33,127 nt of DNA from a virus (lineage: Duplodnaviria; Heunggongvirae; Uroviricota; Caudoviricetes). Below are positions 8,653 through 17,464 of the stretch, piece after piece; position 1 is the stretch's first letter; every line of letters starts with the position of its first letter. Position numbers and translations under genes: made by a program. Location: positions 1 to 33,127 of the IMG/VR virus record IMGVR_UViG_2534682108_000003; one strand, 5' to 3'. Under the pieces are notes generated by a model. It was not told the DNA's origin. It ran no database searches and saw only the letters and a program-made list of their open reading frames with translations.

Positions 8653-9341
8653 GTCGGTTTATCCGTTGCATTGGAATTTATTGTTGCCCCACCACTTTGT
8701 ACACCTGAAACAGAATGTTTGTGATTGTTATAATTGTCCCTTAAATTTTTAACAGTAGATGACTGTGAACTTGCGTTATCCTGAATATCACCGCTAACTT
8801 TAAGTAAAGGAGTATTCATGTTGACTCCATCAGGAGCATCAATATTTAACGATGAACATTTAATATTTAGTGGGTTAGGCGTGGTTATGTTTATTGCACC
8901 ATCAGCAAATTCAATGAATTGAGTAGGTGCAATATTTAATACCCCACCAAGATAAATTGCATCAGATTTACTGTGTCGCCTTTTGCTTCCAGGTACTGAT
9001 TCTTTACGATTTTTTCTTACCAGTGATGTGTCTTTGTCACATATCGCAATCAGACCAATATCACCCGCCACAGGGTCCATAATTACAGCGCTGTTTCCTC
9101 TTTGCAACCGCCATACGGGAAGATCATATAAAACCGAGTTAGAAATCATTTTTCCTGTACGGTCTGTTCTGGTTAGTAAAGGAAGAGCGTCAACAACTAA
9201 ATCCGGTGCTTCCCCCCTGACTTCCTGAACTCTCGCTAACTCAATGAAGAAATATCCAGACATCAGCATCTCAAAAATATATTCCTGAGATTGAGCCTCA
9301 CTTACCTGAGCAGGCGTTGGAGTAAATAGTTGCTTATCCAT
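8649..9341 (-). CDS. baseplate central spike / gpV-like protein
   Basis: ATG at 9341 overlaps the stop of the upstream gene (ATGGATAA); about 230 aa with Ser/Asn/Gly-rich C-terminus; the track start at 9434 is likely over-extended. Confidence 0.45.
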   Translation of the reverse strand: MDKQLFTPTPAQVSEAQSQEYIFEMLMSGYFFIELARVQEVRGEAPDLVVDALPLLTRTDRTGKMISNSVLYDLPVWRLQRGNSAVIMDPVAGDIGLIAICDKDTSLVRKNRKESVPGSKRRHSKSDAIYLGGVLNIAPTQFIEFADGAINITTPNPLNIKCSSLNIDAPDGVNMNTPLLKVSGDIQDNASSQSSTVKNLRDNYNNHKHSVSGVQSGGATINSNATDKPT

Positions 9342-10215
9342 TATTCTGTTGCGCCTCTGCTCTTTGTTCCGCTGTTCTGGCGGCAATACATATTGAGTGC
9401 CATGAACCATTTGGCATCCATGATGATAATTCATGCCGAACGGAGGTTAACTTATACCTTCCGCTTGCATGTGGTAGTTCTGTTTTGATATCCACATATC
9501 TTCCAATGCAAAGGAGAGATGAATATTGCGTCTGAAACATCAGTCCCCCATTTGAAAATACAGGATATCCAACAAGTCCGTATTCTCTGGATATAAACGG
9601 AATTACATCGTCTCTGTTTTTTTCTGAAGGCCAGAACTCTACTTTTGTCGGTGGCGTAGCTGACATCGCCAGTCCATAATCTGAACAGACCCTATAAAGT
9701 TGCTCAAAAACACTTCCTTCAAAATGCGGACTTCCTGATGTTGTCATCCCTTTTACATTATTAAACACAGCTTCATAACCTGCACTTGCACAAATGGATG
9801 AGATGACATCTTCAACACTTTGCGCCCCCTGCGCTGTAAACGGGCTTGCTGGCATGTTCTGTAAATCAACATTAGAAGAGGCTGTTATCATCAGACTGCT
9901 TTCAGGAGCAGAATTCATGTTTGCTATTGATGAAAGCATCGTGCCGGAGAAAACAAGAGAATCATCAGCAAATACCTCAACATTTAACTTCTGACCTTCC
10001 CCAACAATACCATCAGCCTTCCCTGATATATCAGCAAGTCTTTCAATTCCTAAGCCGTAAAGAGATATATCAGCCTGAGCACCTCCCCGACCGGTAACAA
10101 AGTTCAGGGATACTGTTGACTTAACATTTCTGATGGAGATTTTATTGTTTCCATTTTTATCAAATGCTGATGATTCATTCGTGAAGTCAAACCGAAGACT
10201 GTGATTTTTATACAA
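9334..10215 (-). CDS. tail/baseplate hub protein (gpD/Mu P-like)
   Basis: Frame of track ORF 9334..10323; I prefer a TTG start at 10213-10215 overlapping the stop of the upstream 100-aa gene with GAGGAA SD; ATG starts at 10287/10290 would overlap the upstream gene by about 80 nt; start uncertain. Confidence 0.4.
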   Translation of the reverse strand: MYKNHSLRFDFTNESSAFDKNGNNKISIRNVKSTVSLNFVTGRGGAQADISLYGLGIERLADISGKADGIVGEGQKLNVEVFADDSLVFSGTMLSSIANMNSAPESSLMITASSNVDLQNMPASPFTAQGAQSVEDVISSICASAGYEAVFNNVKGMTTSGSPHFEGSVFEQLYRVCSDYGLAMSATPPTKVEFWPSEKNRDDVIPFISREYGLVGYPVFSNGGLMFQTQYSSLLCIGRYVDIKTELPHASGRYKLTSVRHELSSWMPNGSWHSICIAARTAEQRAEAQQNNG

Positions 10216-10510
10216 GCTCGTTTTCCTCGATGTAGTACAGCAAGTAACGGCTACCCAAGCCTTCCCATTGAGGGTCCGATTCCCCATCATTATCAATGAA
10301 AATAAGGTCTCCCTTAAATCCAAGGTAGGAGTATCTTACCATCTTATTCCCATACAGACATGGAACGCCCTGCATAATTGGGACTTCATTAACAGTTAAA
10401 TCCATGTACATAAAACTCTGTCGCTGAACAAGTTTTATATTACATTGCTGACCAGCCAGACTTACCGAAATGGACTGAGATTTGCTGGGAAGAACAGATA
10501 CTGTAATCAT
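10208..10510 (-). CDS. small phage tail protein (100 aa)
   Basis: ORF coupled to the flanking tail genes on the same strand. Confidence 0.4.
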   Translation of the reverse strand: MITVSVLPSKSQSISVSLAGQQCNIKLVQRQSFMYMDLTVNEVPIMQGVPCLYGNKMVRYSYLGFKGDLIFIDNDGESDPQWEGLGSRYLLYYIEENELV

Positions 10511-11322
10511 GTACTCGCCTTAACTATATTTTTTGCAATATCTGCCGCTTTTTTTGTTGCGCTGTTTGTAACTTCGAGTATTGGTTTGGACACTGTATCA
10601 AGAGCACTCTGAAATTCAGTCTTGATTGTACCGGAGATTTTTCCAGTGATTCCGCCAACAGATGACTTCAGTGATGACCATGATTTACTTAGCTCATCGA
10701 CAGTAGATTCCCTGGCTCCGCCATTGGTTATTTGTGGATCAACTCCTACATCTCCCTGTGACTTATTGTTATCCGTTGGCTTCTGTTCTGACTGAGATCC
10801 AGAGAGGATAACCTCCATTTGTTGAATGACCTCCTGAAAATCAAGATAAACCGTCAGAAGAGTCACCCCTTTTTGAGAGTTAACTTCGTAATAGTGGTCA
10901 ACAAGGTCGAAACTCTCCAGAGTTTCCTTTGGCGTTTCAATATCGTATGTTTTTGCAGAGGACAGCATCGTTTTGATTGTGTTCAGCGTGCTGTTCTGGC
11001 TTGTGAATGTTAGATCGAAAATATTCGGGATGTTGCCGGAAAAACCAGTAAGACCATTTACGATGATTGCGCACCTTACCCTGGCAGGTTCTTTAACTTT
11101 GTTGATGGACTGGTATTTCCCTTTCTCCACCGGAGCGTTTGTTATTTGCGCCCTTCCACTTGGCTGTACGGATGCCATACCACTGAACTCAAGAGCAACC
11201 TCGCCAGTTTCCCTGTCACGAATCACATACTGGGGATGCAGAACGCTGTCGATGATCGAAAGCGGAGAGCCACCACCGATAGCATTGAATATGTCTGCTG
11301 TGTTTAAATCGATTATGCCCAT
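10507..11322 (-). CDS. phage tail protein (271 aa; DNA-circulation/hub-proximal candidate)
   Basis: First ORF of the baseplate block, immediately downstream of an intrinsic terminator; function assigned by gene order only. Confidence 0.4.
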   Translation of the reverse strand: MGIIDLNTADIFNAIGGGSPLSIIDSVLHPQYVIRDRETGEVALEFSGMASVQPSGRAQITNAPVEKGKYQSINKVKEPARVRCAIIVNGLTGFSGNIPNIFDLTFTSQNSTLNTIKTMLSSAKTYDIETPKETLESFDLVDHYYEVNSQKGVTLLTVYLDFQEVIQQMEVILSGSQSEQKPTDNNKSQGDVGVDPQITNGGARESTVDELSKSWSSLKSSVGGITGKISGTIKTEFQSALDTVSKPILEVTNSATKKAADIAKNIVKAST

Positions 11323-11334
11323 CTACTCTCCATT

Positions 11335-11370
11335 AAACAAAAACCCAGCCGAAGCTGGGTTGGTTTTTAT
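11335..11370 (-). terminator. rho-independent terminator after the antirepressor operon
   Basis: GC hairpin CCCAGC-CGAA-GCTGGG (11344-11359); read on the minus strand it is followed by TTTTTGTTT; lies between the antirepressor stop (11383) and the next gene start (11322). Confidence 0.5.
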
Positions 11371-11382
11371 AAAAAGATTTAA

Positions 11383-12108
11383 TTAGGCTGCGGTAGAAAC
11401 ATTAACTAGATTTCTCAATACTTCAACTCCTTTTGAGTTGTAGCGGAATGCTTCCACCTGTTTGCTGGAATGCGCAGATTTATCCAGGAAGAACTTCCCG
11501 TACTGCTCAGTTTTGAGGTTGTTTGCGTTAGCAATGCGACCAATCTTGTTTGCCGTTACTCCAAGCTGCTCTGCAACCTCCCCTGCTGAGTAGTAATGCT
11601 CTTCTATTGCCGGAAGAGGTATTGCATTAAAACCAACGAGCGGGTTGATTATACTTGCTGCCGCTGTCTGCTTTGCCTCCGGCGCAAGATTTGGCATCAG
11701 ATCGAACAGATTGGTAACAGCTTCAACCGTCATTTTCAATGTTCGCGCTTGACGATACTCAACAAGTCCACTCGCTGATTTACCGCTTTTAATGTGCGCT
11801 TCCTGCATACTTTCAAGTTTGTCTACAAGTGTTCGGCGAACTGCTTTAGATTCGCGAGCAGCAACACGAAGCGCCTGCTTGATAGTCATGGAGATAACAT
11901 CAATGTCAGCCCCGTTTTTCCGACCTACACTTTTTGTGTAGGTCTCGCCTTCCAATTCATCCTCAATTTTCTCGATGAATTTGTTGTTACGTACTGATGG
12001 CTCTCCACATAACTTGCGAGCTTCATTAACCATCATCAGAAGACTTTGGCTGTCAATGGTTTTATCCGTGACAACGGATCCGATGTTTGCTACATTCTTA
12101 AAAGTCAT
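11383..12108 (-). CDS. phage antirepressor, KilAC-domain type
   Basis: ATG at 12108 with AAGGAA SD; about 241 aa; product family assigned from my recollection of KilA-C antirepressor sequences; the track ORF to 12192 overlaps the upstream gene and is probably over-extended. Confidence 0.5.
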   Translation of the reverse strand: MTFKNVANIGSVVTDKTIDSQSLLMMVNEARKLCGEPSVRNNKFIEKIEDELEGETYTKSVGRKNGADIDVISMTIKQALRVAARESKAVRRTLVDKLESMQEAHIKSGKSASGLVEYRQARTLKMTVEAVTNLFDLMPNLAPEAKQTAAASIINPLVGFNAIPLPAIEEHYYSAGEVAEQLGVTANKIGRIANANNLKTEQYGKFFLDKSAHSSKQVEAFRYNSKGVEVLRNLVNVSTAA

Positions 12109-12191
12109 TAGGCATTCCTTATGTGGTAGTAAGGGTGTGACATAGGCCGCCAGCAGCACACTGGCGGTTTTTTTCACCGCCAGATGCGTCA

Positions 12192-13106
12192 TTAATACAG
12201 ATGAACAGAAGGCGGCAATTCTTTATTCTTAAGCCTTATCCATGCGGAAAGATTCGTTGGTCCGTCTGGCTCATTAATATCAACATCTCGTGTGTGGTTT
12301 ATTAAAACGTCTCTCGCCATTCCGATAACATACGAGAATTCATGACCGTAGTCGTAGCATCTGCCGGAATAGTTCGATTGAATTTGTTTTAGCGCCGGAT
12401 ACAGTTCGCGGAATAATGCCTGTGAACGGTTGGCATAATCCCATAACCATACAAGGCTGTTTGCTTCTTTTGCAGAAAGCTCGTTGGTTTTCTTCTCTTG
12501 TTTGCCGATGAATTCACCTTCAAGTGGAACTCGAGCTGCAAGTGACAGTGCTTCGGTAAACTGCTCCTCACTGATTTCTTTGTACGAACATCCAAAATGG
12601 GATTTCAGTGACGACCACATGGTGATCATCGCCTTAGCCTGTTTTTCTTTTGGCAGAGACTGACCGCGACTCATGACGAGTTGTTTAATAGCTTCCTGCT
12701 GTTCAGTGGTGATTTTACCAGGCAACGCTTTTTTATCTTTCGGTGTATTTCCGTAAGACCCCGTTTTACGAATGGATGGCAAAACTTCAGCTGTTACCCA
12801 TTTGCGGAATTTGTGCGGGACTGAACCTTTATTGACGGCATCACGGCAGCGCAGAACCAATGTATACATACCTGATTCGCTCACAATGCTTAAATTCTGC
12901 TCACCACCAAGGGTGTAACTTAAAGTTACTCCCTTCTCATCGTCATCAAGTGCAGTAAGCGCCTTGCGTGAGTTAGTCAGGGTTAAAGCATCACAAACAT
13001 CTTTTGCTACAAACCACGGCTCACCGCACTTGTTGATGACGCGGATTTCACTGTCGCCGAATTTGAAGATGGTGAAATCGTTTTGTTCCTTTGCTATACT
13101 TTTCAT
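12192..13106 (-). CDS. phage antirepressor with Bro-N domain (Ant-like)
   Basis: 304-aa ORF; N-terminal Bro-N-like region ([30 protein letters not shown]); located directly downstream of an Arc-like gene, as ant is in P22 immI. Confidence 0.65.
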   Translation of the reverse strand: MKSIAKEQNDFTIFKFGDSEIRVINKCGEPWFVAKDVCDALTLTNSRKALTALDDDEKGVTLSYTLGGEQNLSIVSESGMYTLVLRCRDAVNKGSVPHKFRKWVTAEVLPSIRKTGSYGNTPKDKKALPGKITTEQQEAIKQLVMSRGQSLPKEKQAKAMITMWSSLKSHFGCSYKEISEEQFTEALSLAARVPLEGEFIGKQEKKTNELSAKEANSLVWLWDYANRSQALFRELYPALKQIQSNYSGRCYDYGHEFSYVIGMARDVLINHTRDVDINEPDGPTNLSAWIRLKNKELPPSVHLY

Positions 13107-13177
13107 GTCAATATTTCCCGATCAGATTTGTTGATGTAGAAGCCTCGCCAGTTCCCGCTGTCGGGGCTTCGTTATTT

Positions 13178-13339
13178 TTAGAGAGCATTCCGCATTTTCT
13201 CCCGGTACTTCAACCACCAAGCAAGTCCCTGAACCAACACTGAGTTTTCTGACATCCCCTCTTCCTTAGCGATGCGTTTCACCTCCTCCTTAAAACGGTA
13301 CGGATACCGAAGAGTTGTCTTCACTTCATTCTTTTCCAT
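13178..13339 (-). CDS. arc: Arc-like ribbon-helix-helix repressor (53 aa), not in the ORF track
   Basis: Hand-translated: ATG at 13339 with AAGGAG SD 5 nt upstream, TAA at 13178-13180; MEKNEVKTTLRYPYRFKEEVKRIAKEEGMSENSVLVQGLAWWLKYREKMRNAL; pattern parallels P22 Arc as I recall it; divergent from the mnt-like gene. Confidence 0.5.
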   Translation of the reverse strand: MEKNEVKTTLRYPYRFKEEVKRIAKEEGMSENSVLVQGLAWWLKYREKMRNAL

Positions 13340-13441
13340 TGATTACTCCTTTTTACGTAATGGCATTATGCCTTGAAAGCAATATGCCATCATTGAATAT
13401 AAATAGCAATATGCCATCATTGTTTTTTTTGAGGTGATGTT
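13340..13441. promoter_or_regulatory. divergent promoter/operator region between arc-like and mnt-like genes
   Basis: Two 18-bp direct repeats AGCAATATGCCATCATTG (13378-13395 and 13405-13422) plus an inverted copy of the ATGCCAT core at 13360-13375 (AATGGCATTATGCC); flanked by divergent RHH repressor genes. Confidence 0.45.
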
Positions 13442-13762
13442 ATGGCTGAAAAGCAGGTTAAAGATTACGAAAAGTTTGTTGTGCGTTTCCCTGACGGGAT
13501 GAGGGACGCGATTGCGGAGAGAGCCAAACGAAACGGGCGCTCTATGAACTCAGAGATTGTGCAGATACTGGAAGATGCCTTGAATGCAGAAAATACTCTT
13601 GGGGAAATAGCAGACAAAATCAACAGCGTCTCGGTTCCGCTAAATGTTGATGCGCTAGTTCAACTTCAAGCCCAGGTTATCGCCATGCAAAAAGAAATAC
13701 AGGAAAAGTTCAGAGAGCAGAACGAAAAGTTGAGAGAACTACTAAACAAAAAACCCACCTGA
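13442..13762 (+). CDS. mnt: Mnt-like ribbon-helix-helix repressor
   Basis: 106-aa ORF with GAGGTGA SD; N-terminal RHH segment FVVRFPDGMRDAIAERAKRNGRSMNSEIVQILEDAL closely parallels the P22 Mnt N-terminus as I recall it; coiled-coil C-terminus. Confidence 0.65.
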   Translation: MAEKQVKDYEKFVVRFPDGMRDAIAERAKRNGRSMNSEIVQILEDALNAENTLGEIADKINSVSVPLNVDALVQLQAQVIAMQKEIQEKFREQNEKLRELLNKKPT

Positions 13763-13777
13763 CGGTGGGTTTCATAA

Positions 13778-14746
13778 TTAGATTTCTGGTTTCATTCTTC
13801 CGAAAACCTTTTCTATTCCTTTTTCGTATTCTTCTCTTGTCTCACTCATCGCTGCGACACCAAGAAGCTTACCGATATGCTGACGCAAAGCCTTGACACC
13901 AATTTCAGAAAGGAACAGATGCAACTTATCAGATTGTTTTCCGTTCTCGTCTCGGCTGGCTCGAATCTGTTCAAGTATTTTACCTTTACTCTTTGCTAGC
14001 GGGGTGTATATCTGCATGTTGGTTAGCTGCCCAAAACGAATAGGCCGTCCTTTCTCTGGCCTATTCAGTCCGTACAGTCGATACCACTCCTCGTATAGCT
14101 CATCTGGAAATTCCTTTTCATATTGACGAGCCTCTTCACGAACAAACGCTTTGAACTCGTCAATGACAGCCTGAACTTCTGGACGATAACCAGCAAGCGC
14201 ATACGCAACCCCCTTAATTCCCGCCTTAGCGGAGGCATTAATAAGTCTCTGTGCTGCGGCGGCTGCCTTTAACCGTGATTGTGGTAGATCGTCATTATCT
14301 TTGGCTTCTATTAGTGCCCTACCAATATCAACAATTGCTGTAATGTCATAACCTAACGCTTGATGAACGGTTTTAGACTTCGAAGTAAGTTGAAATTTAT
14401 AGGGATTTTCCATTTTTCGCTGCAATTCTAGATCTCGGTATTTGCTCATATACTGAGCGCCAAGCAGTTGATCTAAATCCCTGGCATGTTCACCAATCCC
14501 TAGCAACTGAGATAATCCAGTTTTCGTAACAACGACAGTTTTCGACTCGTCATCCAGTACATAACATTCAGCATCAATGCCAAAATCATCTAAAAAGTTA
14601 CCACGATGAGTTGCCCTGAGAATCTTACTTTTCCATCTTGCAGCAGCTGCTTTCTTTGCTATTTCAGAACGCTGCTCTTTAGTCAGCGATTTTGCGCGAG
14701 CGATCCCGCCCTTGGCTTTCCCTTCGCCACTTTTCTTTTCAGTCAT
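13778..14746 (-). CDS. P63C-like phage protein, putative DNA-binding (322 aa)
   Basis: ATG at 14746; N-terminal basic motif KGGIARAKSLTKEQRSEIAKKAAAARW, which I recall as common in P63C-type phage proteins; the track ORF extension to 14848 runs into the promoter and is rejected. Confidence 0.45.
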   Translation of the reverse strand: MTEKKSGEGKAKGGIARAKSLTKEQRSEIAKKAAAARWKSKILRATHRGNFLDDFGIDAECYVLDDESKTVVVTKTGLSQLLGIGEHARDLDQLLGAQYMSKYRDLELQRKMENPYKFQLTSKSKTVHQALGYDITAIVDIGRALIEAKDNDDLPQSRLKAAAAAQRLINASAKAGIKGVAYALAGYRPEVQAVIDEFKAFVREEARQYEKEFPDELYEEWYRLYGLNRPEKGRPIRFGQLTNMQIYTPLAKSKGKILEQIRASRDENGKQSDKLHLFLSEIGVKALRQHIGKLLGVAAMSETREEYEKGIEKVFGRMKPEI

Positions 14747-14955
14747 AATGCAAGCACCTTTGCTGTGATATATGCTTGCATTATATGCACTGTACCCACA
14801 TACAAGCAAGCATAAAACAAAAGAAAAATGCTTGCATTGCAACCGCACTACTCCAACTACACAGTATCATCTGGTATCCTGCGCAAAACTAACTGTTGCG
14901 TGCTTTTGCTTCAGTTAACGGATACAAACATAGGAAACGTTACAAGGGGAAAGCT
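14747..14955. promoter_or_regulatory. divergent intergenic region with repeated ATGCTTGCAT motif
   Basis: Direct copies ATGCTTGCAT at 14772-14781 and 14828-14837, inverted copy ATGCAAGCA at 14748-14756 and a related CAAGCAAGCAT at 14803-14813, between two divergently oriented genes. Confidence 0.4.
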
Positions 14956-15429
14956 GTGGAACAAGTGATTAAAGTTACAGCAATTGCCATTATCCTTCTC
15001 ACCATGTCACCCATTACAGCAACGGCAAAAAAAATTAATGTTTTGAATGGCTATCCACAGGAAGTAACGACCATTATTAATGACCCTAAAAATGAAGTGG
15101 TAATGATTAAGTCATTTAATGTCGATTCTTCCGGGTGTGACGTCAGGGAGCAAATGATGCTGATAGATAAAATCACAATGGACTCAGACGATAGATACCC
15201 AGAAAAAATGACATTCAGAGATATGCAAAACATGCGAATAAGCATGCCAACAAATTTTTCTTCTTTAGATAATGCCAGCAGATCATGGACTGATAGCATG
15301 TTCTCAGAAAACGAATGGGTAAATGTTCAATATTTACTTTGCGGCTCTGGAGGATTCCCACAAATGACTTCCATATCCAAGCATTCAAAGAGGTTCCCTA
15401 AAGTTGGTGTAACGATAGGTAGCAAGTAA
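14956..15429 (+). CDS. secreted/periplasmic hypothetical protein (moron)
   Basis: GTG at 14956 with AAGGGGA SD; N-terminal signal-peptide-like segment VTAIAIILLTMSPITATA followed by a hydrophilic domain with two Cys; plus strand, convergent with the tape-measure gene; the track TTG start at 14896 is doubtful. Confidence 0.4.
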   Translation: MEQVIKVTAIAIILLTMSPITATAKKINVLNGYPQEVTTIINDPKNEVVMIKSFNVDSSGCDVREQMMLIDKITMDSDDRYPEKMTFRDMQNMRISMPTNFSSLDNASRSWTDSMFSENEWVNVQYLLCGSGGFPQMTSISKHSKRFPKVGVTIGSK

Positions 15430-15431
15430 TA

Positions 15432-17249
15432 TTAAGGATTCACTCCACTAGAAAATGCCGCGTTTGTTGACACCCGGCTAACTTGCTGATTGACACTTCT
15501 GGTAAGAGCATCAACTGTTGTCGGGTTACTGTTAACAACAACCGTGCCAATAGTTGTACTGCTGCTACGACTGTTGTCAATTTTTGATGTTGTCTGGCTT
15601 GGTGTTGAAGCGATGCGTTGCTGCTGCTGATAGTAAGCCAGCGTCTCGTTTTCTTTTGCATTAAGAGCAGCGCGAATCTTTGGCACATATTCTCGCGTCT
15701 CTTTCGGTAAGGTGTTCCAGTATTTGGATGATGGTGAATCAAACCCGGTACTGGATATGTATTTTAACTTTTTGTCTACATTGCCCATCCCCCAGTTGTA
15801 AGCCATCAGCGCATGGTTAACATTGCCTTTGTAATGCTTTAGCAAATACTGCATGTACTTTGTGACTGCTGTGCGGGATTTTTCTTCATCAAGTCTCTCA
15901 TCAATTCCATCACCAACTTTCAGGCCTAACTCTCTAGCTGTATCAGGCATAAGCTGATAAGGTCCCGCAGCGCCTCTCGAACTGAAAAGATTTTTACCAC
16001 CACTCGATTCCACCTCACGAATGGCATCAAGAAGAGAATCCATGCTTACAGGCTTTACTCCGTCAGGGAGAGGGATATCTGGCTGAATGTTATTGCCATA
16101 AATCTCATCTCCCCTACGCCCAAAATCGGTGTCAAACCCCATGCTGCGCATGGTATCTCCAAGTTCACGCTTAGAGTAATCAAACGATCCTTTAGCTGCA
16201 CCCTCAATGTTTTCCCTGTCATTGTAGAGGTACAAACCATATGCTATTAACCCAGCCAACCATGGAGGAAGGGCACCGCCTGTAAGTTTGCTTCCTACAT
16301 ATGCTGCTGCCAATAGCTTCAGAGCCTCTTCCGCACCACCAACTGCCTTTGTGAATTGCTTCGTCATATTCCCGGCGTCATTGAAAAAGCCAATGATGTC
16401 GCCATGATGTTTCTCAATCCAGGAACCAAAAGCCTTCATCCCGTCAATAACGTCTGGAGCGAATGCCATGGCTAAATTTTGCTTTAATCGGGAAAACTCT
16501 GAATCAAGTTGCCCAAGAGTGGCAGCAACCTTCTCCTGCTCTTTTACCTGCTGTGCTGTAATACGGGATTTCTTTGTTTCTGAATCGACAAGCTGCTTAA
16601 GTTCCCCTGATTTTATTTTAGCGGCATCTGTCGGATCGAACCCTGCGGCAGCCATCACCTGCATCAGGTTTTCTTGAGAATGAGTCTTGCCATAGCGAGA
16701 AAACTCAGCAAGAGCCTTGTTTGGGTCGCCGAGCTTATTGATATCTAATCCGGTACGAGCGCCAAGAACCAGCAAATTTTGGGCAGCGCCAGTAAGCCCT
16801 CCCATAACAGTTGGATCGGCAATATTTGCCAAAGCCATTCTGGCATTCCCAGAAGATGAAATGAACGAGTCACCGTTAAGACCAGCCTGCCGAAATCCCC
16901 GCTGAACACCAAACATCTTATTAACATCAGAGCCGAAAAACTTGGCCTGTTGACTGGCTCTCACAATTTCGTTGGCAGTAGATGTAAAAAGTTGCTTGAT
17001 TCCATACAACCCGGCGCCGATTCCCAAAAATCCAGCGGCTGCTGTTGTTACGTTGCGGAAAGCTGAAACAGCGGTTTTACCGAACCTCTCCGTTTCCTGT
17101 CGCTGTTTTTCAAGTTCCTTTAGCCTTTCCTTCTCAGCCCTGGAAAGATCTTTGTTTAATTTACTAACTTCATCTTTTACTTTCCGTTTTCCATTCAGGA
17201 ATTCATCGGCCTTAATTGTGACCTTGTAGGCCAACTCATTGATAATCAT
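15432..17249 (-). CDS. tail tape measure protein with internal lytic transglycosylase (SLT) domain
   Basis: 605-aa ORF; coiled-coil N-terminus, Gly/Ala-rich central region, SLT-like motifs (ESSGGKNLFSSRGAAGPYQLMP...AYNWGMGN); follows the tail chaperone genes. Confidence 0.7.
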   Translation of the reverse strand: MIINELAYKVTIKADEFLNGKRKVKDEVSKLNKDLSRAEKERLKELEKQRQETERFGKTAVSAFRNVTTAAAGFLGIGAGLYGIKQLFTSTANEIVRASQQAKFFGSDVNKMFGVQRGFRQAGLNGDSFISSSGNARMALANIADPTVMGGLTGAAQNLLVLGARTGLDINKLGDPNKALAEFSRYGKTHSQENLMQVMAAAGFDPTDAAKIKSGELKQLVDSETKKSRITAQQVKEQEKVAATLGQLDSEFSRLKQNLAMAFAPDVIDGMKAFGSWIEKHHGDIIGFFNDAGNMTKQFTKAVGGAEEALKLLAAAYVGSKLTGGALPPWLAGLIAYGLYLYNDRENIEGAAKGSFDYSKRELGDTMRSMGFDTDFGRRGDEIYGNNIQPDIPLPDGVKPVSMDSLLDAIREVESSGGKNLFSSRGAAGPYQLMPDTARELGLKVGDGIDERLDEEKSRTAVTKYMQYLLKHYKGNVNHALMAYNWGMGNVDKKLKYISSTGFDSPSSKYWNTLPKETREYVPKIRAALNAKENETLAYYQQQQRIASTPSQTTSKIDNSRSSSTTIGTVVVNSNPTTVDALTRSVNQQVSRVSTNAAFSSGVNP

Positions 17250-17464
17250 CGCTGCTCCTGATGTTTATTCCAGACCCGCTTGTTAAATGATTCCACCGAG
17301 ATAATTTCCAGAAGGTTATACATATCACGAACAGATAATCTTTCCTGCAAATCGGTATAAGTGGCTTTTCCTGAACAGATAATGGCGTTCATTGATGGTG
17401 TGACGTTTACGGGGCTAACGAGTTTTGCCGGAAGAGTCTCCTCTTCCATGAACGGGTACTTCAC
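17246..17464 (-). CDS. tail assembly chaperone (small, distal)
   Basis: 72-aa ORF between chaperone and tape measure, overlapping stops/starts; context-based. Confidence 0.35.
   Translation of the reverse strand: MKYPFMEEETLPAKLVSPVNVTPSMNAIICSGKATYTDLQERLSVRDMYNLLEIISVESFNKRVWNKHQEQR

Noticed and set aside
13378-13422. Direct repeats considered as a possible CRISPR array
   Set aside because: Only two 18-bp copies with a 9-bp spacer, sitting in a promoter between repressor genes; operator-like, not CRISPR.
14747-14848. N-terminal extension of the P63C-like ORF (track start 14848)
   Set aside because: The extension is hydrophobic nonsense overlapping the repeat-bearing promoter; an internal ATG at 14746 with SD begins the conserved basic motif.
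14896-14955. TTG start for the secreted-protein gene (track start 14896)
   Set aside because: No SD, and it would add a highly basic 20-aa leader before the signal peptide; the GTG at 14956 with an SD is preferred.
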